Shown here: piece after piece, positions 24,941 to 37,932 of the stretch
How positions within the stretch are numbered: the first letter of the stretch is position 1
Layout of the letters: each line of letters opens with the position of its first letter
Assembly (NCBI RefSeq): GCF_004010195.1
Contig: NC_057716.1
Location: forward strand, 6,344,899 to 6,408,898
Direction of reading: 5' to 3'
Source: Chiloscyllium plagiosum
Taxonomy: Eukaryota
Length of the DNA stretch: 64,000 bases
The notes under the pieces: generated by a model
Told to the model about the DNA's origin: nothing
What the model saw: only the letters and a program-made list of their open reading frames with translations
Database searches by the model: none
Program-made: the position numbers and the translations under genes

Positions 24941-26887
24941 GTAATGTTTCAATATTAAGAATTCTCTTGTGTATTTAAAAGTTGAGTTGTGTATTTGTAT
25001 ACAGTTTGGATATCTTGATTTTAATGGCTCTTCCTTTCCGAACTTTCTCCTTGCCCTTTCGGTCTCTAAGATGTTAATTCCTCACTTGTGACAGGCTGCC
25101 TTGGGCATGCTGGACTGAATGGCCGGTTGCAGTGCTGTAACCATTGTAATTCTATATACTGGTCAATGTCCTGCACGTGGTCCAAATCAACCCTATTCAC
25201 AGTCCTTGACAGTACAGAAACTCCCAGCAACTCTTTCTTTCCAACTGTCTGCTTTATCAAATGGCTGCAAATAGAACAGGGAGCTAGGATAAAGCACAAC
25301 ACCATGATGCCCCTTGCTGATGCAGGAAAATAGAGACCTGTTGTTTATCCTTTTACTTTTATCACTTCCCAATTGTATCAGCATAGGTCAATTCCAGAAC
25401 ATCTCCAATGTGCATAATTCAGCTCCCCACTGAACCATCTCCGGAGCTTATAATTTTAGATGCATTTAAAAGAAATTCAATCAAAAAAATCTTAATTTTA
25501 ACAATGATCTGGTGTTCATTTGTATGTCAGAAATTACTTCACCCCATTTCTTTCTAAAATGGGTGATCTTCAGTAAGTTGAAGTGTGCAAATGTATAGTT
25601 AATTGAGTTTAAGCTATTACAATGATTAGAAATCAAAGTGTGGGTTGCAGGTTGGGTGCTGCAGTCCTCCTTTTGGTTGATTTCTATTCCCTTTTTTTCC
25701 TAGCTGTCATTCCTGTGTTCTTTCTGCTGAGTTCCAGACACATTTTGACAAGTTCCCATTATATGTTTGACAGTATGTGCAGGTTATTACAACTAAACTT
25801 GATGTTATTTACACTCAACTCTCAGGATTCATTTCATAAAAGTCATTGGATTATCATCAGAAATAGAAACCTAGACAGTTCTTCCCTCTTCAACCCAAGA
25901 ATGGTACAAGCAGTTGTGTTAATGCTGTGCTATGATAAAATCAGCTAAACCAGAAATGCAACTTGAAACCAGCTTGTCTATATGGCTTAGTATCTCCTCT
26001 TTACCATTTGATTTTACTTTTCTCCTGTCTCCTTTCAAATTTCTAGCTCACTTGCACTTTGACATGTACCAGAAAGAAGAAATTAAATTTTAACCCTAAT
26101 TTATTTCATTTCCCTTCCTCCTTTTGTAGCACTGACAGCAGTAATGGGTTGGGATCATCTCCAAGGTTTCTGTCATTCACAGAAGCAACAAAATAAATGT
26201 GCAGGGTGTCTTGTTTGCTGTTAATTTTCTTCTTGCCTGCTTGTGAGGAAAACTGTGGTCAAATCTGTTCCATCTTGGTGACCGTTCCATTATGAGAAAG
26301 CATAACTGTAAACTATCCAACCATGATGCAGTATGTGTTCCTATGCAGTAAGGCTTGGACAATGACAAGGCCTGGACTAATCAGTGGCAAGTAACATTGT
26401 CTGTCATGAATAGTAGAAATTCCCAATTCCAACAAGTGAGATTTAATCATCATCCCTTAACTTTCAATGACATTAGCATTACTGAAACCCCTCATTACTA
26501 ATATTCTGGGGACATTGACCAGAAACTGAACTTGTCCAGTCAAATAAATTCTGTGGTTACAAGAAAAGTTAGAAACTAGGAATTCTGCAGTAAGTAACTG
26601 TCCTTCTGTCTTCTCCAAACCAGTTGAGTGTGATGGGATACTTTACACTGGCCTGGATGCCTGCTCATTCCAATAATACTGTGAAGAAGCTTGATACCAT
26701 TCAAAATAAAGCTGGAATCATGATTGGCACCCTGTCTAAGACCTTTATTTCCCTTCACCATTGATGCACAGTGGCAGAAGTGTATGCCATCTATAAACTG
26801 CATTGCATTTTCTCACCCAAGTTCCTTGGGCATGTTGGGCTGAATGGCCTGTTGCAGTGCTGTAACCATTCTGACATTCTCTATTGG

Positions 26888-27239
26888 GAAGAAAGTGAGG
26901 ACTGCAGATGCTGGAGATCAGAGCTGAAAATGTGTTGCTGGAAAAGCGCAGCAGGTCAGGCAGCATCCAAGGAGCAGGAGAATCGATGTTTCGGGCACGA
27001 GCCCTTCTTCAGGAATCAGGAATTTCTACTATTCATGACAGACAATGTTACTTGCCACTGATTAGTCCAGGCCTTGTCATTGTCCAAGCCTTACTGCATA
27101 GGAACACATATTGCATCATGGTTGGATAGTTTATAGTTATGCTTTCTCATTCCTGAAAAAGGGCTCATGCCCGAAACGTCAATTCTCCTGCTCCTTGGAT
27201 GCTGCCTGACCTGCTCTTTTCCAGCAACACATTTTCAGC
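26888..27239. mobile_element. Composite Penelope-derived insertion: two inverted ribozyme-bearing ends around a captured 132-bp local segment
   Basis: A 15-bp TSD GACATTCTCTATTGG lies at 26873-26887 and 27240-27254. Segment 27019-27150 is the reverse complement of 26292-26423. Confidence 0.88.
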
Positions 27240-28423
27240 GACATTCTCTATTGGTCAACATCTGGCACCTGGCCCAAATCAACCCTTTTCACAATCTTTG
27301 ATAGTGCACTAACTCCATAATCACCAGCAACTCTTCCTTTTTCAACTGCCTACTCTGTGGAATACTGCATGAGGAATAGCACTATCCAAAACTGTCACCT
27401 AGAATGACCAGGGTAGCAGAAAGATGGAATACCATCACCTGCCTTAGAACTATATTGCCATCCCTTTTACTGTCTTCTGATTAAAATTGTGGAGCTCCAT
27501 TTTTAGCAGAACTGTAACTACCAATACTTAAGGGTAGCAGCAGTTTAACAAGGCTGCTCACTAGCAATTTCTTCAAGACAATTGACCATTAATCGTGGCT
27601 GAGCCAGTGATATCCATATCCTATGATCGACTTAAAAAATAAAGTTGTGTACAGTGAAACTTACTGGCCGATTACTCTTCTGCCTCCTACCAAACTGCGT
27701 CCCACCTATCTTCTATTGATGCAGTTTAATTAGTGGACAGGAATAGGTGAAATATTTTAGGGTATTCTGTATCCCACAAATATTTTCAAAAGTAACTGGC
27801 AGAGAAAAAAAAAACAAATGGATTGATGGCCTGTTGATCTGATTAGTACAGTCACTTGTTTCATAGAAACATGGAAAAGAGGAGCAGGAGCGTGCTCTGC
27901 AGACCATCAAGCCTACCCTGCCATTCAACATGATCATCGATAATCCTCTATCTCAATGCTGTACTCCTAAGCTCTTTCTACAACACTTAATACCTTTAGT
28001 CTCTAGAGATCTATCCATTTTTTAAAAAGCATATTCAGTTTCATCTGCAAATGTAACCTGAATGAGTGAGTAAGTTGTTTTCATTTTCTTAAAGCAGGTT
28101 TCAGTCGTGTAGTGATTGTAATACTGGACTGACCACCAAAAAACCTCTTGTAAAATTAAATTCTGAAATTTTGTAACCTGGCATGTTTACTTGGATAACA
28201 TGACTACAATCTGTTGTTTGATGTATTCCCCTTCTTAACTAATACCATGTAGTGAACTCGTTATGTATGCTTAAGTTTCTCATGGCAACAAAGGAAAGCT
28301 AAAAAGTGTATAGAGCCATACCAGCATTGTCTACATCTTGAGAAAAAAAAATTGTGTGCAACCTTTTTCTAAATGGAATGTTTCATTTAAAGTCTTAGTT
28401 TTATTAATAATATATAATTTCAG

Positions 28424-28525
28424 GCTTCCTGTACTGATGGTAGACTATTTAATCATTTGGAGACAAATTGGCGATTCAGTCCTGGAGTTCCTGGATATCC
28501 AAGGACCTGCACTGTTGACTTTTCG
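28424..28525 (+). CDS. COQ10B: COQ10B exon 4 ([34 protein letters not shown])
   Basis: cag|GCT and TCG|gtaggt, 102 nt, conserved COQ10 sequence. Confidence 0.96.
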
Positions 28526-30434
28526 GTAGGTTATATGAAACGTGCCTCAGACTTCTTGTATTTTAGATCGACTGTAACTTGGAAAGACTTGTAAGACTGG
28601 AAAAAAAAATCTGTTCATTCCTGAAGACTGAATAGAGCAGCTAATTTAACACCGCTTGTGTTTAATACTTTCTAACCTGTGGTACTAGCCACATTTATTA
28701 AGGATATTTTCATTTTCTTATTAATCTTGTTTGTACAAATCAAAAATTGACTGAATGCATTAATTTGAGAAGAGCAAGAAAAGGCCATCAAATTTATCAA
28801 GCCAATTTATCAATGCAATTTACATTCAATTCACCCATGTTCTGAGCACATGATTTTTGGACAGAGCATCCAGAGGAAAAAAGCATTGCAAACTTCTGAT
28901 GGTTAATCAAGTAGCAGGACCTTGGCACACTTCAGAAGTCACATTTAAAAGTGATCATGTGGGGCCCACATGCTCCTCTAACCGTTGTGCAAGTGACTCT
29001 CCTCACAATTTATGTTGCATTTCTTTTGGAGTTTAATGCCATATTCTGTTGCATTTATAGTAGATCATCCCTAGTTGGGACGTTAATGTAAATTTTAGAA
29101 ATGCTTATGGATAGTTGAAAATCTCTTGCATAAGGAGCTCAGAAGCTGCTGAGTTCTCATTTTGGCAAACAGCAAATCATTTGCAGCTGTTGCTTATTCA
29201 TCATGAATAGTTCTTTTATAACATGCAACTCCATTGCCATTTACTAGTTAACTTTTTTTGCAAGATTGTAGTGCTGAAGTTTTGTTTTTGCTGTTTCTCC
29301 ACCCCTGAAGTTTAACAGTGGATATCTTTTTAACATTATTTACAGATATTTTATAGTATAATACAGTACAAACGAGGCCTTTTAGATGTGTACTTATAAA
29401 AACTACTCTAAATCTATACTAGTTCCACTTCCCAACAATTGGCCTGTAGCTTTGAAAGCGATGACCTTTTCAGTTGCTCATCCAAGTACTTTTTTTAAAA
29501 AGTAGAGGTTTCCTGCCTCAACTGCCTTCCCAGGCTGTGCATTCCAAGTTTTCATCACTCTCTGGCTGGGGAGAATAAAAACTTTCTCAAATCCTCTCTA
29601 CCTCCAGCCTTAACATTACTCCCCCTTGTTAGTGACCCTTCAACTAAGGGGAATGGCTGCTTTGTTTTCACCCTGTCCATGCTTTTACCCAGCATCTCTT
29701 CACTGTAAGCTGCTTCATTCCAGGCAATATCTTAACAAATCTCCTCTGCACTCCTTCCAGCGTAATGACCAGAGCTTTGGGCATACTTCTTCAGCTGTGG
29801 CCTAATTAAAATTTTCTACAGCTCCAACGTGACCTCCCTACTGAAAGGCAATTGTCCCATATGCAGCCTTAACTCCCCTATTAACCTGTCCTGCCACCTT
29901 CAGGAATCTATGGACAAGTATCCCAAGATCTCTCTGCTCCTATGAATCCTATAATGTTCTGTCACTGGTTGAGTATTCATGTAATAGTATTATATAGATT
30001 TGTAACTGTATTCTCTCAATTTTGAAATAGGTGGTAACAAGTTTATCTTTGTTATGAAAGCTTCTTAAACTTGCATAGGTGTCTTTTTATTACTGGAAAA
30101 GATGAAGAATCCTTATCCACAGGAGAAGGAACACCTGATACAAGAATCAGCTGTGGCTCAGTGGTCATTTTCTTCTGAAGCAGAAGGCTGTGGATTCATG
30201 TTTCAGTGTAGAAATCTGAGCACCAAGTTGAGGCCAACTACAGCAGTAATGAGGAAGTGCTATGCTCTCGGCGAAGTGCTGTCTTTAGGCTCCAAAATGT
30301 AACAAGTGAACACTGAATATAAACAAAAAACCTATTGTGCTCTTCAAACTACCTTGACAATATTTTCTGATGCCCCCGTCAATGTTACTTGAAATAGATT
30401 TGCCTTTTATGGAACAATGAATTGCACTTATATA

Positions 30435-30625
30435 ACAAAAACAGAAATTGTTAGATAAACTCAGCAGGTCTGGTGGCATCTGGAGAGAAAGCAGAGGTAA
30501 TGTTGAGTCCAATGATATTTCTACAGAACTTTCTATTCTGAAAAAGGGTCACTGGACTTGAAATGTCAACTCTTAAGTATTTTTGATTTCTGATTTTTGT
30601 CAGATTTCCAGCATCCAGTTTTTGT
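30435..30625. mobile_element. Older palindromic Penelope-derived element with a hammerhead remnant
   Basis: CTGAAAA-AGGGTC-ACTG-GACTT-GAAA-TGTC at 30538-30567; the ends are partly complementary; same family as 52865-53090. Confidence 0.6.
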
Positions 30626-30634
30626 TTTTTAAGT

Positions 30635-30950
30635 GGCAGCACGGTGGCACAGTGGTTAGCACTGCAGCCTCACAGCGCCAGAGACCCGGGTTCAATTCCC
30701 GCCTCAATTCCTTTGTGGAGTTTGCACGTTCTCCCAGTGTCTGTGTGTGTTTCCTCCAGGGGTGCTCCGGTTTCCTCCCACAGTCCAAAGATGTGCAGGT
30801 CAGGTTAATTGGCTATGCTAAATTGCCCGTAGTGTTAGGTAAGGGATAAATGTAGGGGTATGGGTGGGTTGCGCTTCGGTGGGGCGGTGTGGACTTGTTG
30901 GGCCGAAGGGCCTGTTTCCACACTGTAAGTAATCTAATCTAAAAAAAAAA
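30635..30950 (+). mobile_element. HE1-type V-SINE, full length
   Basis: A box tggcacagtggtt, B box ggttcaattcc, V-domain gtggagtttgcacgttctccc...ctccggtttcctcccacagtccaaagatgtgcagg, and an (aatct)n-A tail. Confidence 0.92.
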
Positions 30951-31029
30951 GTGCATTGAAGTAGTGCTTTTAGGCTTTGTGAAATATCGACTTTCTTCAT
31001 CGATGCTGTCTGTAAAACCTGCCAGCACA

Positions 31030-31612
31030 CCACCCCCCATCACCTCCATCCAGGGCCCCAAACAGTCCTTCTAGGTGAGTCAGAGGTTCATCTGCCTCTC
31101 TTCCAGCCTAGCTTATTGTAATAGGTGCTCCTGATGTGGTTTTCACAACATCGGAAATGAACAGTTTGCCGAGCATTGCAGCTGGGCCTGCAGAGGCCAA
31201 CCTGACCTCCCAGAGACCGCCCACTTCAATCCCCTTCCCACTCCCGTTCCAACATGACCATCCTTGGCCCCTCCACTGCCACAACAAACCGTACTGCAAA
31301 TTGGAGGAACAATAACTCATCTTCTGCCTAGGCAGCCAACAGCCCGGAGGACTCAACATTGAGTTCTCCAATTACAAATAACCTCCTTTCCGAGCCCTTC
31401 CCCCTCTCTGCCACCGACCAGTTTGTACCCTGTACCTATCTTCATCTATCCCCTTTTTATGATCCTGTCCCCCACCACCCTTTATCTGACATCCACCTCC
31501 AATCCTGAAGAAGGATTACACCTGAAATGTCAACTTCTCCAACTCCTGATGCTCTCTGGCTTGCTGTGTTCTTCCAGTCTCCTGCCTGTCTACTTCTGAT
31601 TCTGATTTCTAG
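31030..31612 (+). mobile_element. Penelope-like element 3' part: decayed GIY-YIG endonuclease, 3' UTR and hammerhead core
   Basis: It translates, with lesions, to IQGPKQSF.V.QRFICLSSSLAYC.RCS.CG...IG and KLEEQ.LIFCLGSQQPGGLNIEFSNYK*. CTGAAGA-AGG-ATTACA-CCT-GAAA-TGTC lies at 31505-31531. Confidence 0.85.
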
Positions 31613-32544
31613 CAGAGGGTTTTTTAAACAAAGTTGACAGTTTTAAAATTATTGGTGGTCTTGGAGCCATTGTAAGTCAATGAGCTGGGGGGTGGTTAAA
31701 TGGATTTAAGTGCAAATCAGAATAAAGGGAGATTTTTAGGTGGCATCCAGATTTCACGTTAAAGTGACTACTTTCAGAAGTATAGTTGAAAAGTGCATTT
31801 AAATTGTTCTAAGATTCATAAATGGTGTCATAGTATCTGCACATTGGTGTCATTTTGTGCTGATCTTCCACATTTCCTCAAGTCAGTTACATCCAGGCCG
31901 TTGTATTAGTCATTTATTTCCTAAAGTTTCCTGTTGGTTTTGGTTGATCTTTGATAATTGTTATACACTCATGTGACCAAATAGTTTAGGATCCAAGGAT
32001 AGATCAGGGTACTTTCTGGATGGTATGAAGTTGAATACAGATGTCCAAAGACATTGGGGGTTCAGCTCTGTAGATCTTTTAAAATGTCACTAACAGGTGC
32101 AGAAAATAACCAAGAAAGCTAATGAATACTTGCCTTTATACATAGAGGACTGGAGTACAAGGATGCAGAACTTATGCTGCAATTATACAAACCCAGCTTA
32201 GATCCTACTTGAAGTATTAAGATCTGTGCATCTCACCTTTTAGGAAACATATAGACATAGATGTACAGCATAGAAACAGACCCTTGTGTCCAACTCGTCT
32301 AAGGCAACTGGATATCTAAAATTAATTCCATTTGTGAATGTGGATTAAGAATGAATGGGAAAATGATCAAGATCATGGTGATAAGCAGAGACCTAACTCA
32401 AAGATAACTGATGTAAATTGACAAATCCTCAACCTGGCTAGATCACAGTGACTGTACTTTCAGAAGTATAGCAGAGAAGTCTACCATTTTGGATTTAAGT
32501 TATTAACTTAAACAAATTTAGTTTTCTGTACTGTTCAAGTGTAA

Positions 32545-32748
<204 letters not shown>

Positions 32749-34039
32749 ATAAAGGTTGGAAGGAGCCGTTGTAGGTCCCCTTTAAAAGTTGTATAATTTA
32801 TTTATTAGTGTGGTGCTTTTCCACATCTGCAAATGTGGGAGCGATTTTTCTTTACCTATGTGTATCACTTGATTTTATAATGACACTGTAATCTTTTTGG
32901 AAAGCCCCTCTGGCAAAGTGTTACATATATATAGAAAATGCATTATATAGATGCAAATATACATGTATATAAAGTGCAGATATTTCAGCTGTAACTAAAT
33001 GTAATTTGTCTACATGTTGTGGTGCATTAAGCTGGACTGGCTGCAAAGCTTGTTTTAACCTGTGCAGATGGAGAAGGCAGCCAAGCTTCTATTTATTAAG
33101 AGATTTTGGGCTGTTCAGGTAACATGAGCAGTTAAATTTTAGTGTTAAACACTAATTCCAGAAAGTCACATACATTCAAAGGCTGACTATTTTCACAATT
33201 TTAAGCTGTATGCCTTAACTATTTTCTTAAAGGCCTGTCTAAGATTAATGCGCCTACAAGTTCAATTGCCATAACAGCTTAATATTTAAGTGTTAATTTA
33301 TGAAAATAAAATTCATGGTTAGTCTCAATTAGTGCTACTGTCAAAGCACCAAGAGCAGAATCACGAAGTACTCTTAAAACCTGTTTTAAATGTAGATTAA
33401 CAAATTATACCCAGTACAAGCAAAATTTTAGCCTTTCTCCTTTGCCAGACTTTGCATGGCAGCTTGTCATGCTTTCCAGTCTTTGCCAATAATGTGCAAG
33501 TGCAACGTGAGTTTGTTTCCTCAATTCTAGTTCCCCTCCACAAATCTTATGAACTTGAGCCTCTCATATAACATTTGAAATGAGCACATTGTCCTTTAAA
33601 TAGCAAGTTTCTACTGCATGAGTTAAACCTTTTTTGTACTGATTACACCTGTGTGTTGGGTCAAAACAGGGAATACTCATTCATTTAATCATGGATGAAA
33701 GTGTACACATGTAAGTACTGTGAAGTATTAAGTCATCCTTGGGTAGTCATAATTTGAACTGCCTACATATTCCATAGAAATTAGCTCCAGTTTGTAACTG
33801 GGATAATAAAATTATGCTCTATGATTTAAAATGTTACCTTTGTCTTATGAGCTTCTTTTAAACCTCAAATATTGTAAACTACTTCCAAACAGATGAAATG
33901 TTCTAATAATGTTCAGTTATTCAACCTAATATTAGAAAGTGATTTAATTGGGCTCTTTAACAAATTTGGGGTGGCAGATTTGAATTTAATTTAAATAAAT
34001 GTGCTGCAAGACTTAATAGTATCTTGGTGCATGTAGCCA

Positions 34040-34585
34040 AACAAAGACCTTAAATGCAGGTACATAGTTCCTTTGAAAGTAGAGTTCAGGGTAGTAAAGG
34101 TGGCATTTAGTCAATGTTTGGGTATAGGAGTTGGCATGTCATTTGCAGCTGTACTGGACATGGGTTAGGCCCACTTTTTGAATACTTTCAATTCTAGTCC
34201 TTGCTATAGGAAACGAGAGGGTTCAGAAAAGACTTCTAAAGATGTTGCTACAATTGGAAGGTCTCAATTATAGGTGGAGGCTGAAGGGTGACCCTAAAGG
34301 TTTATAAAATCATGAGGCATAGATAGGGTGAATAGCCAAGGTCTTTTTCCCCAGGATCAGGGACTCCAAAAGTAGTTGACATGTTTCATGAGAGGGGAAG
34401 CTTTTTAAAAATGAAGGGTGGTGGAATAAGCTGCCAGTGGAGATGGAGGCTGGTATAATTACAACAAAGCACCTGGATGGATATGTAAAGTGTTTATAGG
34501 GATATGGGCCAAATGCAACTAGATTAATTTAGTATATCTGCAATTGGACCAAAAGGGTCTGTTTCCATGCTATACAATGGATTCT
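34040..34585 (+). mobile_element. CR1 3' fragment between the convergent COQ10B and HSPD1 3' ends
   Basis: It matches 9230-9880. Confidence 0.75.
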
Positions 34586-34760
34586 AAAAATGGATCTCTT
34601 AAACAAGTTTCACAACACAATATTCTAATCTTGCACAAGCTTTCAAGCGGACATCAACTGTGTACAATATTGAAATATCAAATCTTGGCTGTGCTCAATT
34701 TTCGTGATCTTCTAGAGAAACCATTAAACTACCCCACAAGTCAAATTGATAGCCATTTGC

Positions 34761-34766
34761 TTTATT
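34761..34766 (-). terminator. Candidate distal poly(A) signal of HSPD1 (a proximal ATTAAA lies at 34958-34963)
   Basis: AATAAA on the minus strand about 430 nt after the stop codon. Confidence 0.55.
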
Positions 34767-35195
34767 TATGGCAATATTACATGATATACTTTTGTACTGC
34801 ACTGGAGAGGGCACAGATCAGAGTCTTGTTTTTCACAGAAAACTTGCCTTGATCATTTAACTTGTTAAAATTGTCAGTAGAATACTGTTACCATAAAACC
34901 AATGAATTTCAGGTGGGTTACACTTCCAGTACTTTAAAGGAATGTACAAATGTTGACTTTAATTCAATATAAAATAAATTACAATATAGTACTGACAGGG
35001 CAGTAAACAAGTTGCTTATGAGATCTAGCACAGTCCAACATGGCTGTACTAACCTTAATTACAAGTATTTCAATGTTAGCAATTTTCCATTCTGCCTGGT
35101 TTACGTTCATTCATCTGGTGATTTTTCTAAAGGAAGCAGCCATTCAACTGAGACTATTAACATGTCAGTCACTTTTCAGAGGAAGAGTGAAGAAA

Positions 35196-35351
35196 TTAAA
35201 ACATATCACCACCCATACCTGCACCACCCATGCCACCCATACCCCCCATTCCTTGTGCTTTATCCTCCTTTGGGAGTTCTGTGACTACGGTTTCTGCTGT
35301 TGCTAAGAGAGATGCCACACCAGCTGCGTCCAGCAAGGCAGTCCTCACAAC
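35196..35351 (-). CDS. HSPD1: HSP60 terminal exon ([16 protein letters not shown]...[18 protein letters not shown])
   Basis: GGM-repeat tail of GroEL/HSP60; cag|GTT acceptor. Total CDS is 1725 nt (574 aa). Confidence 0.97.
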   Translation of the reverse strand, partial: VVRTALLDAAGVASLLATAETVVTELPKEDKAQGMGGMGGMGGAGMGGDMF

Positions 35352-35559
35352 CTGCAAAAGAATAGAATTAATTCCATTTTTTGGTGCTCCATTTGGAATT
35401 TTGTTTTCCTGCAGCTTTATCAAGATATCCCTTAAAAGGGAAAACATTTTCCAATTCACTTCAGACAGCTACTTTCATGCCCTCAAAATATAGTCTTGAA
35501 CCCACATTTCTATTTAAAGAGAAAATTTGAAGACTCTGGATATTCTACAGGGTTTAGAA

Positions 35560-35930
35560 AGACAAGGTGATCTGATTGAAGCTTATGGAATATTGAACAA
35601 CCTGGTCAAAGTGGGTGTTGGGAAGATGTTTCCATGGGTAGGAGAGACTAGGATCCAACGGCACAGCCTTAGAATAAAGGGAAGCCCCTATAGAATAAAA
35701 GATGAGGAGAAATTTCAGACAGTGGTGAATGGATGGAATTCATTACCACAGAGGGCTGGAGGCCAGGGCACTGGAGTATATTTAAGACAGAGATAGGTAA
35801 GTTCTTGATTGCCAAGGGGAATCAAAAGTTACAGGGAGAAAGTGGGGTTGAAAACCCTAATCAGCTTTGATCGAATGGCAGATTGAATAGGTCAAATGGC
35901 CTAATTCCTGCTCCTTTCTCATGGTCTTGA
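35560..35930 (+). mobile_element. CR1 3' fragment
   Basis: It encodes GDLIEAYGIL...MFPWVGETRIQRHSLRIKG...VVNGWNSLPQ. Confidence 0.8.
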
Positions 35931-36252
35931 TTTCTCAGCTCTACTAAAACCACTTTGACCCATATTCAGAGAACTAGGCATATCCAGTATTTGCACAGAC
36001 TGTATCCATCTTGCACTTTCCAGTAAACCAATGCGGACTTAGTAGGGAAGTGAGATTACAGATTATGGTCAGAAACACCTCTGCTAATGAACCACAGTAC
36101 ATCAGATGTCCAATTCTAAATCTCAAGGGTCTGGGTTTTCACAGGGACTTAAAAATAGTATGTTTAGATGGGCCATAAAAGAAATACAATCAAATAAATC
36201 AGACTTTAAAAATCCAGAAGTTTGAATTATTATATGCATAAATTAGGTATAC

Positions 36253-36431
36253 CTTTGTGGGATCAATTATTCCTTTTTCTACCATCTTTACAAATTCTCC
36301 AGCCATTGCATCATAGCCAATCTCTGGTGGACTCTGTAGTATCTTCTCCACAATGAGGCTTCCTTCAACCCCAGCATTTTTGACTATTGTAATAGCAGGT
36401 ACTTTGAGAGCTTTGCTGACAATGTCAATTC
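36253..36431 (-). CDS. HSPD1: HSP60 exon ([13 protein letters not shown]...EKGIIDPTK)
   Basis: 179 nt, cag|GA and AAG|gtatac. Confidence 0.96.
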
Positions 36432-37258
36432 CTGTAGAAGTTGAAACAAAATCATAAGGAAGTTGATTTGATTTGTTATGACACTCCACAAATACCAAAT
36501 AATATGTAAATTGCTCAGTTCCAGGTTTATAATAAAGACTTCAAACTTGTGAGCAAAGTTGTTCACACGCACAGTTACAAAAATCAAGCTTAATGGAAGA
36601 TCACAGGAGAGCAAACCAATCACTGAGTATTACTAAATGTTGGCCATGATTTCACAAGGAAAACAAAACCATGGAAAATGTTTCCTTTTGGAGACAGTTA
36701 TGCTAATATCACCATTTACCAACAAAAACCCCAAAACTGGAGGTGATAAGTTCAAGTTGGATCAAACTGAAAATTAGAGTATTGTATTTTCTCACCTCAA
36801 CTCGGCAAACACTTCTCTTAAAAGTCTGAACAGGGTGGTCTTGCATTGGATAAGTTAAGAATGTGATGTGATTTTGTTGAAAGTATGGGTATAATAAGTA
36901 CTAAGAGGATATTTCTTCTTGTGGAAAACTCAAACCAGGGGCACAATAAGAAAAAACTCCCTTTTAAAGAGCTCTGAAGTGATGAGAGCCACAAAGTGTG
37001 GAATTTTCTCCTTCAGAGGACAGCAGAGGCTGTTTTAAGAGCAGGGGCAGGTTGATTTTTGATAGACAATGGAGTCTTGGAGATTAGTCTAGTTCCACTT
37101 GTCACAAACATCAGCCATAATTTGTTTGAATGGCACATCGGTCTTGAAGTTTCAACTGAATTACCTACCTTTTCTCCCAAGTAGCACATTCCTGATGAGC
37201 TATTTTAAAGACACGTTCTTTGTAGCTGAAACATGAATAAAAGCTAAACAGTACGTAC

Positions 37259-37433
37259 CAACTTTTTGGTCTTCATTTACTGGCCGGAGATCACCCAATG
37301 CTGGAATGCACCGCAGTAGAGCGCATCCACCACCAACAACAATACCCTCCTCCACAGCAGCTCGAGTAGCATTAAGTGCATCAGTCACTCTGTCTTTCTT
37401 CTCATTCACCTCCACATCACTTGTACCACCAAT
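37259..37433 (-). CDS. HSPD1: HSP60 exon ([41 protein letters not shown]...)
   Basis: Chaperonin cpn60 signature [12 protein letters not shown]; 175 nt; canonical splice sites. Confidence 0.97.
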
Positions 37434-37932
37434 CTAGATCCACAATTCAACAGTTATTTCATAGTTGCAAATATATTGAACTAAGTCCCTTGTCATATTT
37501 ATAGTTAGACTGTTGACTCCAAAGGTCCATAAAAATGGCAAAGAAAAGCAGCTTTACAGAAATGTTAAAGACTAAACAGAGTTCTCATCTACAAGAAGCT
37601 TCAATGTAGCCAGAATTAACTCATCTTTCTGAAGTATTCTTAAGTGTCATTTCAATTCAGGGATGGAAACAATATTACTGTTGCAAAACCACGTCATTAT
37701 CAAAAAATTAATTATGCAACAAATTGGTATTCCAGCCACATTAGTGTAACCACTAAAAATTTTCATTATATCTTTGTTTAAAAGAACAGTTGATTATACC
37801 ACTTTTTTCCATTATTAACTCCACTGTAAGCAACATTAAGCCAGCTTAATTCAAATCAAACACCTTAAGACATCTGTATTCATACATGACCACACCACTT
37901 GTACATGAAGTAGCCCATGTCTACAAAATTAC

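Noticed and set aside
30635-30710. tRNA gene-like A/B boxes (also at about 1300-1371, 11600-11685, 41920-41990 and 58050-58118)
   Set aside because: These are SINE heads joined to SINE bodies and tails, with no complete cloverleaf.
36245-36252. HSPD1 donor GTATACCT resembling a U12-type donor
   Set aside because: It does not match GTATCCTT, and no U12 branch site (TCCTTAAC) was seen near the downstream acceptor.
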